Shown: piece by piece, positions 11,216 through 22,205 of the stretch
Numbering within the stretch: position 1 is the stretch's first letter
Layout: each line of letters starts with the position of its first letter
Assembly (NCBI GenBank): GCA_963665115.1
Contig: OY762007.1
Span: forward strand, 2,912,001-2,976,000
DNA: 64,000 nt
DNA from: an uncultured Rivularia sp.
GTDB taxonomy: Bacteria; Cyanobacteriota; Cyanobacteriia; Cyanobacteriales; Nostocaceae
Direction of reading: 5' to 3'
The notes under the pieces: generated by a model
Database searches by the model: none
What the model saw: the letters and a program-made list of their open reading frames with translations, nothing else
Told to the model about the DNA's origin: nothing
Made by a program: the position numbers and the translations under genes

Positions 11216-12010
11216 ATGGAAGTAAGTAGAGCAGCTACACTTGCAATAAAAAACTTAGAATATCATCGAGTTGGGAAATGCAACATATGTGGTAAATCTA
11301 CTATTTTCATCTGCATTGATGCAAAAACAGTTCGGAATAATATGTACTGTCCTTTTTGTAAAAGTTCATCGCGGAAAAGACACGTAGCAAAATTATTTAT
11401 TAATAAAGTTATTCCTGATGTTTATAGTCTTGCAGAAGTTTCATCAAATAAGAATTTAGATAATCTAGATAAATTAAACATCTATAACGCTGATGTAAAC
11501 GATGCTTTTTATCAAGCCTTACATTCAGCCACATCATATTACTGTTCTAGCTATGTACCCAACCTAGAAATAGGAACAGAAATTCACGAACAAGTATTTT
11601 GTCAAGATTTAGAAAAATTGACTTTTGAAAAAGAAAAGTTTGACGTAGTAATTACAGAAGATGTATTTGAACATATCAGAGATTATGAGAAAGCTTTTCG
11701 AGAAGTATATCGCGTATTAAAAACAGGTGGATATCATATTTTTACCATTCCCTGCTTTTTTGATAAACCCACTTTGGTTCGGGTTGACACTTCGGGAGAA
11801 GAAGATATCTATCTATTACCCCCAGAGTATCACGGAGACAAAATTCGCGGTAAAATTCTTGCATACAGAACATTTGGAATCGACATTTTTGAAAAATTAG
11901 AAAAAATTGGTTTTGAAACTACAGTTGATTTCTCTAATTATCTAGATAGAAACTACGGAATATTTGATAGTTATGCTTTCTGCTCTAAAAAAGTAGGGAA
12001 TGGGAAGTAG
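11216..12010 (+). CDS. Class I SAM-dependent methyltransferase with N-terminal CxxC..CxxC
   Basis: CNIC/CPFC; QDLEKLTF..E.FDVVITEDVFEH; RVLKTGG. Confidence 0.8.
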   Translation: MEVSRAATLAIKNLEYHRVGKCNICGKSTIFICIDAKTVRNNMYCPFCKSSSRKRHVAKLFINKVIPDVYSLAEVSSNKNLDNLDKLNIYNADVNDAFYQALHSATSYYCSSYVPNLEIGTEIHEQVFCQDLEKLTFEKEKFDVVITEDVFEHIRDYEKAFREVYRVLKTGGYHIFTIPCFFDKPTLVRVDTSGEEDIYLLPPEYHGDKIRGKILAYRTFGIDIFEKLEKIGFETTVDFSNYLDRNYGIFDSYAFCSKKVGNGK

Positions 12011-12131
12011 GGGGAGATGGGAAGATGGGGAGACAAGGAGACAAGGAAAAATTATTTTCTAACTCGCTACTCACTACTTACTACTTACTACTCCTAACCA
12101 CTATCAACTATCAACTAACTGGTAACTGAAA

Positions 12132-13393
12132 ATGAATTCTTTAATCCTGAGTACCTTTGATATTAGTGGCGGAGCAGCGAAAGCAGCATTTCGGTTGCAT
12201 AATGGACTGAAGGATATAAATATAAATTCGCGAATGCTAGTTGAATATAAAACTAGTAGCGATGATACCGTTATTACAAATACGAATAAATTAGAAAAGT
12301 TTCTCAATCAAATGCGACCTACTTTGGATAATTTACCATTAAAATTTTATCCAAAACACGATTATGGAACTTTCTCTCCACAATGGTTTCCAGATTTAAT
12401 TAATTCTAAAATAAAGCATCTGTCTCCAGATATAATTCCAGATATAATTAATATCCACTGGGCTTGTGGCTATCTTAAAATTGAAAGTATTGCCAAATTT
12501 AAACAACCACTAATTTGGACTTTGCACGATATGTGGGCATTTACCGGAGGTTGTCATTATAGTTTAGAGTGCGATCGCTACACTAAAACTTGCGGAAGTT
12601 GCATTCAACTTGATTCCCAAAAAGAGCATGATTTATCGCACTGGGTATGGAAGCGTAAAGCTAAAGCATGGCAAAATCTCGATTTAACAATTGTCACTCC
12701 CAGTCATTGGCTAGCCAAAGCTGCACGACAAAGTTCTCTATTCAAAGATTATCCCATCAAAGTAATTCCGAATGGCATTGATATTCAAAAATATAAACCA
12801 ATTGACAAAAAAACTGCGAGAGAATGGCTGAATCTTCCTGTAGATAAACAGTTAATTTTATGCGGTGCTGCGAAAAGTAGTTATAGAAGAAAAGGAATTC
12901 GTTTACTTGAAAAATCCCTAAAATTTTTAAGCAAAATGGGTTACAAAAACAAGGTAGAATTAGTTGTTTTTGGTTCCTTACAACCCAGCGAACTCGATAA
13001 CACCGATTTCAAATGTCATTATATGGGTAATCTTCATGATGATATATCTTTGGCACTAATTTATGCCGCAGCAGATGTTTTCGTTGCTGCTTCAATTCAA
13101 GATAATTTGCCCAACACCGTAATGGAAGCTTTAGCTTGCGGTATACTCCATGCGTTGCTTTCAATATTGGCGGAATGCCCGATATGATTGAACATCAAGC
13201 CAACGGTTATTTAGCTCAAGCTTTTGAAGTAGAAAGTTTAGCTAAAGGTATTGCCTGGATATTCTCAAATAATTATCCGCAAAAAATTCGCGCTCGCGCT
13301 CGTGAAAAAATAGAACAAGAATTTACACTAGAATTACAAGCAAGACGTTACTCTCAGCTTTTTAAGGAAATAATTAATCAAAAAGGTTTGTAG
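12132..13393 (+). CDS. GT4 glycosyltransferase (WcaC-like), frameshifted near 13143
   Basis: GGAA, WTLHDMW.FTGGCH, DNLPNTVMEALACG continues as TPCVAFNIGG in another frame. Confidence 0.85.
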
Positions 13394-13449
13394 TATTAAT
13401 TTTTCCCATTACCAATTACCCATTCCCAATTCCCAATTACTTATATATA

Positions 13450-14565
13450 TTGTGGGAGCATCAAGTGAATACTAACGCAAAAATTCAACAGCCACAAACT
13501 AACTACTTTTTTTATACACTAATCTTTTATACAGTACTAATCCTATATCTATTTCCTTACAATGTAGAACTTCCCCACGCTAAAATATTTTTGCCTTTAC
13601 TGGCTATAGTTCTATTAGTACAACTTTTTTTCTATAAAACTCAATTATTAATTATAGATATTTTGCTCGTATGCTCAATTTTGATTGTTACCTTTATTAA
13701 TTTTTCAACATACCATTTATTTAGATATAGTTTACCAATCTGCTTAATGCTTATTGGTTTCAGCGGTTGTCCGCAAATACGCATCAAACGTAGCTACTTA
13801 ATCGGATTATGCTGGCTAGCAACCGTAACTTTAATCTATCAAATGGCAATATATCGAAGAGTAGAGTTTGATGGCAGCGCCAGAGTTTCTTTAAGTAATG
13901 GAGATCCGAACGTATCTGGTTTATTTATGTTATTATTCTTTTTCCTTTCTTGCAAAGCTAAATTTAAACCAGGTATTATTTTAGCTTTAGTCTCTACTGT
14001 ATTTTTCTTGAGCAGAAATTATTTTCTTAGCCTGCTAATTTATTTACTAATTATTTTCTGTGAAAAGAAATTTATCAGAATAGCAAGTCAAATAAATTTT
14101 ACTTTTTTCTTTATATTCTCAAACATTTTTGGATTTTTAATAGGAGAATATTTTTTAAATTTTGTTGAAGTAGGTTACGCATACGATACAAGTGCAAACC
14201 GCTTATTCTCTTTTAACGATACGTCAAATTTAGCTAGATTTGAAGCTAACAATTTTTTAATTACATCCTATCAAAATGATTGGACTTTAGCATTGAAAGG
14301 TTATGCAGGTAAATACGATGAAGTATTTAAAAACGTTGGTTCCTTAATTCATAATTCATTCTTAGAGGTAATTGCCTACATCGGCATTCCTCTAGGAATT
14401 CTTTACTTTTGTGCAATTTTAAAAACAATAGGTGGGTACTATACTCCACAAAATTATAAGTTTATCTTTCCCTATTTATTCTTTTGTTTATTCTTACATA
14501 GCGGACTTCAAGGGCTTGCTCCTTTACTTTTCGTCAGTATTTTAGCAATGTCAGTTGAACAGTGA
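13450..14565 (+). CDS. Multi-pass membrane protein, Wzy polymerase/O-antigen ligase-like
   Basis: About 10 hydrophobic segments; DPN, SR and HNSFLE motifs; located among GT genes. Confidence 0.65.
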   Translation: MWEHQVNTNAKIQQPQTNYFFYTLIFYTVLILYLFPYNVELPHAKIFLPLLAIVLLVQLFFYKTQLLIIDILLVCSILIVTFINFSTYHLFRYSLPICLMLIGFSGCPQIRIKRSYLIGLCWLATVTLIYQMAIYRRVEFDGSARVSLSNGDPNVSGLFMLLFFFLSCKAKFKPGIILALVSTVFFLSRNYFLSLLIYLLIIFCEKKFIRIASQINFTFFFIFSNIFGFLIGEYFLNFVEVGYAYDTSANRLFSFNDTSNLARFEANNFLITSYQNDWTLALKGYAGKYDEVFKNVGSLIHNSFLEVIAYIGIPLGILYFCAILKTIGGYYTPQNYKFIFPYLFFCLFLHSGLQGLAPLLFVSILAMSVEQ

Positions 14566-14657
14566 GCAGTGAACAGTTATCAGTTACCAGTGAACAGTTA
14601 CCAATCAACTCCTAATTCCTAACTCCTAATTCCTAACTCTTAACTATATCAAAAAGG

Positions 14658-15539
14658 ATGCAGCCTAAAATATCAGTTGTCACACCAAGCTTTAATTCCG
14701 AAAAAACTATTGAAAAAACTATTTTGAGCGTTATCAATCAACAGAGAATATATCCTTTAGAGTATATCGTAGTTGATGGAGGTTCTACAGATAATACTCG
14801 TGAAATAATTCAAAAATATGCAAAAAATATAGATAAACTTAAATTGAAAGTCAAACTTAAACTTAAATATATATCCGAACCAGATTCCGGTGCTTACGAT
14901 GCAATGAACAAAGGAATTAATCTTGCTACCGGAGAGATTATCGGTATTATTAATTCCGATGATTGGTACCTTGAAAATACAATCAAAACAGTAGAAGAAG
15001 AATTTGATCGGCATCCAGATATAGATATATTATATTCGCCCATCGAGAACTACTATCAAGGTAAATATATCGCTACCTTTATTCCGGGAGAATTGGAAAA
15101 ACTATCGATTCGCTTTACTTTAAATCACCCATCTTGCTTTATTAAAAAATCGGCTTACATTGCAGGGGGTTTGTATGACTTAAAATATAAAATCGCCGCC
15201 GACTACGATCTGATTTTACGCTTATTTAATAATGGATTTAAATTTCATTCTATCAAAACTCCCTTAGCAGCCTATTCTCTCAATGGAATGAGTTCGTCAC
15301 CCTTACCTTGGGATAGAGCAAAATTGATCGAAGAATGTTGGAAAATAAGTAATAAGGCATCTAATAATTTTCCACAAGTATCGGAGAAAGAACGGACAAA
15401 AGCCTACATAGCATGGATTATAAACGAAGTATTTGCATTACCAGCAAGATATTTTTTCAAACCACCTACCGCACGCAAAATAAAAAGTATTATTCAACTG
15501 TTTACAAAAAAATCTGCATCTGGATATGGAAAATGGTAA
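14658..15539 (+). CDS. GT2 glycosyltransferase
   Basis: ISVVTPSFNS, VDGGSTD, SEPDSGAYDAMNKG, NSDD, ADYD. Confidence 0.9.
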   Translation: MQPKISVVTPSFNSEKTIEKTILSVINQQRIYPLEYIVVDGGSTDNTREIIQKYAKNIDKLKLKVKLKLKYISEPDSGAYDAMNKGINLATGEIIGIINSDDWYLENTIKTVEEEFDRHPDIDILYSPIENYYQGKYIATFIPGELEKLSIRFTLNHPSCFIKKSAYIAGGLYDLKYKIAADYDLILRLFNNGFKFHSIKTPLAAYSLNGMSSSPLPWDRAKLIEECWKISNKASNNFPQVSEKERTKAYIAWIINEVFALPARYFFKPPTARKIKSIIQLFTKKSASGYGKW

Positions 15540-15545
15540 AGTATT

Positions 15546-16652
15546 ATGTCAAAAATATTATTTATTTGTGCCCATGCTCCTACTAATTTATATCCTCAAG
15601 CAGGGCAAAAGATAGCTTTAACTAATTTGAATAAATATCATCTTGATAATACAACTGTTGATATCGTTGTTATAGCGAATAAAGCAGAAATAAATGCTGC
15701 TATAGATTTAGTGGGTAAATATAAAAATAACCTTTTTGCCTATCCTCTTGAAAAGTCAGATAAAATAATTAGCTGTTTAACTAACTTATCTATTCCTTTT
15801 AAATTTTCTACCCGTTATCAAAAACCTGTAGTTCAAAAATTGCAGGAATTATTAGCAAAAAATACTTATAATGCGATTCATTTTGAATATTCTCATGCTG
15901 CGGTTTACTTAGATTTAATCAGTGATTTAATCAAAAATAAAATTAAATCTAAAAATACTTGCACCATTATCAGCATACATGATGTCGTCTCTCAATCTTT
16001 TTTACGAAAATCTCAAAACAATATTATATTGGGTATCGAAGTAGCCAGATTATTTAAATTTGAAAAAAAGCTTTATTCCGAAGTAGATGAATTATGGGTT
16101 TTATCAACAAAAGACCGCAATATTCTTACTTCTTTATTTACCATACCAGAAAATAAAATTCTTATCAAACCTCCCCAATTGAGTCACTTTATATATAAAA
16201 TCGAACGTAATGTAGAGAACATTGAGAAAAAAAGTTTGTTATTTTGGGCTGCAATGAATCGACCTGAAAACGAGAAAGCAGCTATAATTTTTATTCAAAA
16301 ATGCTTTACAAACCTGCTTAAAATAGACCCCGAATACAAATTATATATTGTCGGTTCCAACCCTTCCCCAAAAATCAGAAAATTTGCCAGCGAGAATATT
16401 ATCATAACTGGATTTATAGAAAACCCCACGAAATTTTTTGAAAAAGCTCAAATAGGCATAGTACCTTTACTTCAAGGTGCGGGAATCAAACTAAAGACAT
16501 TAGAAATGCTTCAAGCAGGTTTGCCAGTTATTTCAACCAGTATCGGTGCTGAAGGGATAGAAACATCAACAAATATATTTATTAACGATAACTTTGATGA
16601 CTGGGTAAATATTATTATAAACGAGAGCGTGCGGAAAATTAACCATCGATAA
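15546..16652 (+). CDS. GT4 glycosyltransferase
   Basis: VPLLQGAGIKLKTLEMLQAGLPVIST..GAEG. Confidence 0.85.
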   Translation: MSKILFICAHAPTNLYPQAGQKIALTNLNKYHLDNTTVDIVVIANKAEINAAIDLVGKYKNNLFAYPLEKSDKIISCLTNLSIPFKFSTRYQKPVVQKLQELLAKNTYNAIHFEYSHAAVYLDLISDLIKNKIKSKNTCTIISIHDVVSQSFLRKSQNNIILGIEVARLFKFEKKLYSEVDELWVLSTKDRNILTSLFTIPENKILIKPPQLSHFIYKIERNVENIEKKSLLFWAAMNRPENEKAAIIFIQKCFTNLLKIDPEYKLYIVGSNPSPKIRKFASENIIITGFIENPTKFFEKAQIGIVPLLQGAGIKLKTLEMLQAGLPVISTSIGAEGIETSTNIFINDNFDDWVNIIINESVRKINHR

Positions 16653-16836
16653 ATTATCGCGTTAGTGGGAATTAGCCTCGTATTCATGCACCATCAAAAC
16701 CGCCATAAACCATACAATATGACTCGAAACTAATTGAAATTTAATTGGCGATCGCCCGACATCGGATTTTCTTTGTTGCACTTTTAAGTTAAAATTAATA
16801 ATTCGGTTTGGTTTAGCGCAATATTTCTGCCTAAGT

Positions 16837-17316
16837 ATGGTTCGTTATACTCTCGTTCAAAGTCCAGAAATCATCCTTACTGTTCCCGGCAAAGATTCCG
16901 ATAAAGCTCGTGAAAAAGCAATGGATAAGCTGATGGAAATTATGGAAGCGGGTGATTTACCTTCCGAACTCGAAGAAGGATTTGGTCCTCAACAATTGAT
17001 TGAAGTGAAAGAACCGTCAATGGATAGTGCTAGCGGTGAAGATACGATTATAGAAGCAGTTCAGCTTTTGAGTAATCTTGCAACTCTAAAGCTGAAAGTT
17101 CAAGACACGCGCGCCGAAGCTTTAGAAGTTCGTAAGTTAGTTGACATCCTTTTTTCAGATCAATCCGTCAGCGAGGAAGAAATTTCCAGCCTCAAAGAAG
17201 GTTTTAAAGCTCTGAAAAACTTTGCTCAAGCTAATTTACGCTATAAAGATGCGCGAGAGAAAGCCGAACAAGCTCGTCAAGTACTCGATCAAGCTTTGAA
17301 GTCTCCAGATAATTAG
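16837..17316 (+). CDS. Hypothetical protein (acidic, coiled-coil)
   Basis: 159-aa ORF with normal codon pattern; no family motif recognised. Confidence 0.7.
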   Translation: MVRYTLVQSPEIILTVPGKDSDKAREKAMDKLMEIMEAGDLPSELEEGFGPQQLIEVKEPSMDSASGEDTIIEAVQLLSNLATLKLKVQDTRAEALEVRKLVDILFSDQSVSEEEISSLKEGFKALKNFAQANLRYKDAREKAEQARQVLDQALKSPDN

Positions 17317-17334
17317 CTTGCTTCGATCAAAAAA

Positions 17335-17470
17335 TTAGGAGTCAGGAATTAATATCCCAACTCCTAACTCTTTAAAGGTTAAAGGTTAAAGGTTAAAGTT
17401 CAAAAGTTTAACACTCCTAACTATTAACTTCTAACCCTAACTCCTAACTCCTAATTCCTAATTCCTAACC
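17335..17470. repeat. STRR-type repeats (AAAGGTT)n and (CTCCTAA/TTCCTAA)n between convergent genes
   Basis: Visible tandem heptamers. Confidence 0.8.
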
Positions 17471-19675
17471 TCATACCTTAACTTTATTTGCCGAAGATTT
17501 TCCAGCCTCGGTTGCATCATCTGCATCAATTCTTTCTCTACTCACCTTGTAGTACTGTTGATAATTACTTTGAGAAGTAGGTGTGGACTCTTTAGATTTA
17601 TTCGCTACCAAACCTAAAATAGGAGTACCGCTAACTTGAAGTTCCTCTAACGCCTGTGCGAATGCAGTGCGTTTCAATTTACCTAAACCAGCTACCAACA
17701 TAACGCCATTAGTATTTGCTGCCAATAAGTTAGCATCAGCGAAACCAACTATAGGCGTAGTGTCATAAATTACTAAATCAAAGCTGCTATGTAGTTCGTT
17801 CATTAAGTCCTGCATTTTCACAGACGCTAACAATCTAGTAGAGTCTGGTGGAACCGGGCCAGCAGCCATTACATACAGATTATCTTCAAGGGGGGAGCGT
17901 TCAATCACATTGCTCCACTCCAATTCAGAAGAAATAATATCCGTTAAACCCTGGATATTCATCAATCCTACACGGTTGTGTATAGTAGGACAGCGGAGAT
18001 TTGCATCCACTAATAAGACTCTTTGTCCCATCGCTGCTGCGGCCAAAGCTAACTGTATAGCAACAGTAGTTTTACCGTCTTCTGGTGTTGCCGAACTAAC
18101 TACAAGCGAACGAATCGGTGTATCCGAACCCAGAAGAAGAATATTGGTGTAAAGAGAGCGAAAAACTTCAAAAAAGGCGGCGCGTGCTGTTTGATGAACT
18201 CCACTAGCTGCTCCATCTTGCTTGCTACTAGCTGCAAGTTCTTTGCTGAAAGGAACTACCCCCAATAACGGTAATCTAGTAGTTTCTTTCAAATCTTTAG
18301 AAGTGTAGAAAACATTGCTCAACTTGTCTACAATTAAAGCAGCACCCACACCCAATAACAAGCCTAAAGCTCCACCCAAAGCTAAGTTTTTTCTAGCACT
18401 TTGTGACATAGCTTCAGGATTTTCAACTTTAGTAAGTTGAGGATCTAGTAACTTCCAAGGCTGCTGTTTTTGAGACTTTTCAATTTCCAGGGCTTGCTGC
18501 TTGGTTAAAAACTGGTTTAGCCCTGTGGTAGCAATCTGTAACTCCCGCTGAATATTTTCGTAATCGCGGGTAACTGTTGCCAAATTTCTCAGTTCTGCAT
18601 TGAGCTTATCTACCTTGTCACCTAAAGATAGATCGCGAGCATATAACGTTTGGATGCGACTTTGAAATTCTTGTTGAACTCGCTGTTCTTCTGCATTCAG
18701 CATTGGAATCAAATTCGCTTTCCTTTGCCGTAAAGTCTGCATAGTTGGATTGATATCCGTAAATTTAGCAGACTCCGTTTTGACCTCAATCTCAACTTTC
18801 TGGATTTCGTCTAAGATTTTTTGGTAGCGAGGATTTTCACTCAGTATCGAATTACCTGCCCTCTCCGCTGGCTGCTGCGCTAATTCCTTTTGTAACTCCT
18901 TATACTGAGCCATCATTTGTTCGTACTCTACCCGGTTGCTTAATCGCTGTTGCGTCAAAGTAGCAATTTGACCGGACACTTCAGTTGCTTTCTGTGCGGG
19001 TTCAATCAGGTTGTTCACGCTTCGCAGCATTCGCAATTTATTTTGCAAGTCTTTAACCCGCTGTCTTAAGCCACCTTTAGTGATTCGTCCTTGAACAAAT
19101 TTAATAGCCTGATTAATGTCTTCCTGTCGTTCCTTTAAGCTGTACTCTAAATAAGATTGAGCAACTTCGTTTAAAACATCACTCACTAGTTGCTTGTCTG
19201 CGGCTACATATCCTACCGTTAAAATATTTTTCTGACTGGAGGCAATAATTAAACCCTTAACAAATGATTCGTATTCCAGATTTGGATACTTCGTCTGAAG
19301 CTTTTCTACAACTGAATCAAGTACTCGCGGGCTTTTTAAAACTTTAATTGTTGTTGCAATATCTTTTTCCGACTCCGGAAGTGCGATCGCATCCTTAGAA
19401 CCCAAGGTTTGAGGTACGTTTGATATAGCTTTACTTTCCCCAGTCACGGGTTCAGTTAAAATCTCAAACTGACCCTGATATATCGGAGGATCGGTTTCTG
19501 CTTTCAACACCGCAGCGGTTGCTACTACCCCGGTACAACCAACAATTAATAATGCACGCCGTCGCAGAGCCGCTCCAACTTGCCCTAAATTCAATCCACC
19601 TTCTTCAGCTTCATTCAAGGGGCTACCTGCTTGAGAAAAGAGGTAAGAATTTTTATCTGACTTCAACATAGTCAT
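17471..19675 (-). CDS. wzc: Wzc-family polysaccharide tyrosine autokinase/co-polymerase
   Basis: Walker A SATPEDGKT, VDANLR, IYDTTP, C-terminal Tyr cluster NYQQYY. Confidence 0.9.
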   Translation of the reverse strand: MTMLKSDKNSYLFSQAGSPLNEAEEGGLNLGQVGAALRRRALLIVGCTGVVATAAVLKAETDPPIYQGQFEILTEPVTGESKAISNVPQTLGSKDAIALPESEKDIATTIKVLKSPRVLDSVVEKLQTKYPNLEYESFVKGLIIASSQKNILTVGYVAADKQLVSDVLNEVAQSYLEYSLKERQEDINQAIKFVQGRITKGGLRQRVKDLQNKLRMLRSVNNLIEPAQKATEVSGQIATLTQQRLSNRVEYEQMMAQYKELQKELAQQPAERAGNSILSENPRYQKILDEIQKVEIEVKTESAKFTDINPTMQTLRQRKANLIPMLNAEEQRVQQEFQSRIQTLYARDLSLGDKVDKLNAELRNLATVTRDYENIQRELQIATTGLNQFLTKQQALEIEKSQKQQPWKLLDPQLTKVENPEAMSQSARKNLALGGALGLLLGVGAALIVDKLSNVFYTSKDLKETTRLPLLGVVPFSKELAASSKQDGAASGVHQTARAAFFEVFRSLYTNILLLGSDTPIRSLVVSSATPEDGKTTVAIQLALAAAAMGQRVLLVDANLRCPTIHNRVGLMNIQGLTDIISSELEWSNVIERSPLEDNLYVMAAGPVPPDSTRLLASVKMQDLMNELHSSFDLVIYDTTPIVGFADANLLAANTNGVMLVAGLGKLKRTAFAQALEELQVSGTPILGLVANKSKESTPTSQSNYQQYYKVSRERIDADDATEAGKSSANKVKV

Positions 19676-20587
19676 AGTAAATTAAAATTACTTAATATAG
19701 ATAGACGTAATTTGTAGCTTTCATTACCTAAAGACACCATCGCTAGACGGTTTACTTTAATGTTTTGACAACAGCGATGCACCCTATATTTCTCAAGAAG
19801 TTAACAAAATACGACCGACTGTCTCCAAGCTATCCCTATTGGTTTGTTAACAACCTACCCGACAGATATACCACCCTGTTGAAGTATTGAAGATACCAGT
19901 CTACGGCTCGCGATGCACTATGAGTCCAGTAGCATTACTTAGTCGATGCTTGTCGATTCATTTACAAGTGTAATAAATTATAATTAAAATTTCACTACTA
20001 TTTCTATAAAATACACAAATTCAGTTTCCAATACAGTGCTTGCATCCCAAAGTTTAGACCCCATCCGATAGCCAGTAAGATAATTTATCTTTATAATTAA
20101 CTTAGTGTATTATTACTCTATTAACTTTGTTTTTTCCGGACAAAACTTATTGTTAATAATTTTACCTATTTTTATTTTCTCTCAACATTCAAACATCGAA
20201 TTTTACTCTGTGAAATAATTAGTAATTGATAAATGCAAATTATGTAGGCAAGTATTAAGTGCGATTCAGTATAAGGTAGTAACAATTATTGCCCACACTC
20301 TTTTCTGTCACAACGTGGCGCTTTACATATAATACAAAGATTATTTAAAGAATATATGTTTAACATCCAATTAAATTGAAGCTAGTGCAAACTAACGTAT
20401 AGTTTTTTGATAGAAAATAGCTAAGTTCACAACAATAAAATTTTATATATCAACTTGCAGGCTCAGAAATCAACTTACAGTATTTAAAACCAATTAATCT
20501 GCTATCAAATAATATAAACAAATAAAAAACCTTCCTACTATTAGAAAGGCTATATATCGCAAAAAATATTTTTTCAATCTTAATAAA

Positions 20588-20659
20588 CTGGGGTGCTAGG
20601 ATTCGAACCTAGGAATGGCGAGACCAAAACCCGCTGCCTTACCACTTGGCGACACCCCA
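20588..20659 (-). tRNA. tRNA-Gln (TTG)
   Basis: Reverse complement TGGGGTGTCGCCAAGTGGTAAGGCAGCGGGTTTTGGTCTCGCCATTCCTAGGTTCGAATCCTAGCACCCCAG folds as a cloverleaf with anticodon TTG. Confidence 0.95.
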
Positions 20660-20676
20660 TTAACTTTACTCTAGTA

Positions 20677-20705
20677 ACTATAACAATAGGGTCGGGCAGT
20701 GTCAA
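20677..20705 (-). promoter_or_regulatory. Sigma70-type promoter of tRNA-Gln
   Basis: TTGACA-N17-TATAGT with extended TG, just upstream of the tRNA 5' end. Confidence 0.8.
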
Positions 20706-20986
20706 GTAGTTTCATGTTGATTTTCTAAAAAAAGCATCGTTAACCGCTACTAGGGAGCGAGACACTCCCACTACCATTGTTTGACCTAGCTTTGATTAAT
20801 TTAGTGAAGTACCACTCACGAAATACTACCAAAATAGTAAGTATACGGCGATTGCAGGCTTTATTTCTTGAATACCAATTAATGTTGTTATTATGTTGGG
20901 GTTACTTTTACTAATTTCGATCTCAAAACAAACTCACAACTATCGTTTGTGCAAAGAACAGCAAGTTTATTTTTCTCAATTATCTT

Positions 20987-21307
20987 ATGTCATTTAGCAG
21001 GTCAGGCATCAACCTTAGCGTGTTTTTTTTGTCTCTAAAAGATTTTATTTTAGACAGATTCAAGCTGCAAAAGCATAAAACCCATGATTTTACTGAGTGT
21101 GTACCTGGAACAGACTACGTATTTGAAGTTGCAGAAAATCTTACAACAGCTTACATGACAGCGCGGGGTAAAGGTGTCAAAGCTGACGACTATATAGTTT
21201 TACAAATCGGCTCGGAATCTTATCGATATCAAGTAGAACAAATTGACTATTACTCGAACCCACCTGATATGTGGATGGCTTTAATCAAAAAAGTCACGAA
21301 CGATTAA
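20987..21307 (+). CDS. Hypothetical protein
   Basis: 106-aa ORF; plausible small beta-rich domain (G.GVK..DYIVL..Y.VEQIDYYSNP.DMW). Confidence 0.6.
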   Translation: MSFSRSGINLSVFFLSLKDFILDRFKLQKHKTHDFTECVPGTDYVFEVAENLTTAYMTARGKGVKADDYIVLQIGSESYRYQVEQIDYYSNPPDMWMALIKKVTND

Positions 21308-21902
21308 CAAGTAGTTAACAATAACGCATCTTTATTTTATAACTATATACATATCGCCAAAGAAATATTCGTATATCAAACTAATTAATACTTTTTCTAT
21401 TACTATCTACTAAGAATACTAAGCTTCTATACAATTACACATTTCAATTTTACATTAACTTTATATATATGTTAACTTCATAAATTATCCGGAATTAGTT
21501 ACCCATACTTACGTATATCTTTTAAGATTATACTTAATTGCCTACAGAGCTATACAGGGCTACCTAAAGCAAACATCTACCGCTACATACAGCAAGTTGC
21601 ACTCTTGTAACCGATGCCTTTTTGACTTAAATTCTCGGATCGGGGAAAATAATTTGGGTCAAATCTGTTAACGTGCCATGTTCTTTTTACTTATTCGTGC
21701 TTCAGCTAATACCTGATAGCTTGATAATGAGTACAAGTATCTACCAATAGTTATTTGGGTAACAACAAATATCAGGACATCTAAAACGATAAACTGTCTT
21801 GTAAGCTACTTGATATATCAAGTGATATCACTTATGTTAAAAAAAGTTTGATACAGGTTGCAGAGGAAAAATCAACAGATTAGAAAAAGGAAGTGTCCTA
21901 CA

Positions 21903-22205
21903 ATGATAACTTCAACAACAGATTCCATGATTTCGGAAAAATCTATAATAGTATCTGTGAAAAATCAAATTTCTTCCGATCTTGGTGGTGAAGCGGTGAT
22001 TTTAAACATGAACACCGGAACTTACCACGGTTTGAATGAAGTGGGTGCTTTTGTATGGAACTTGATTGATCAACCGCAAGTCGTAAAAGATATTCAACAA
22101 AAGCTTTTACAAGAGTACGAAATTGAAGCTTTAATTTGTACTAAAGATTTGTTTGCACTGCTTAACGATTTGCACGGTGAAGGGTTAATTGAAGTTAAGA
22201 ATTAA
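21903..22205 (+). CDS. Lasso peptide B1 / PqqD-family RiPP recognition element (copy 1)
   Basis: SDLGGEAVILN...G.YHGLNEVG..VW.LI; close paralog of 28618-28935. Confidence 0.9.
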   Translation: MITSTTDSMISEKSIIVSVKNQISSDLGGEAVILNMNTGTYHGLNEVGAFVWNLIDQPQVVKDIQQKLLQEYEIEALICTKDLFALLNDLHGEGLIEVKN

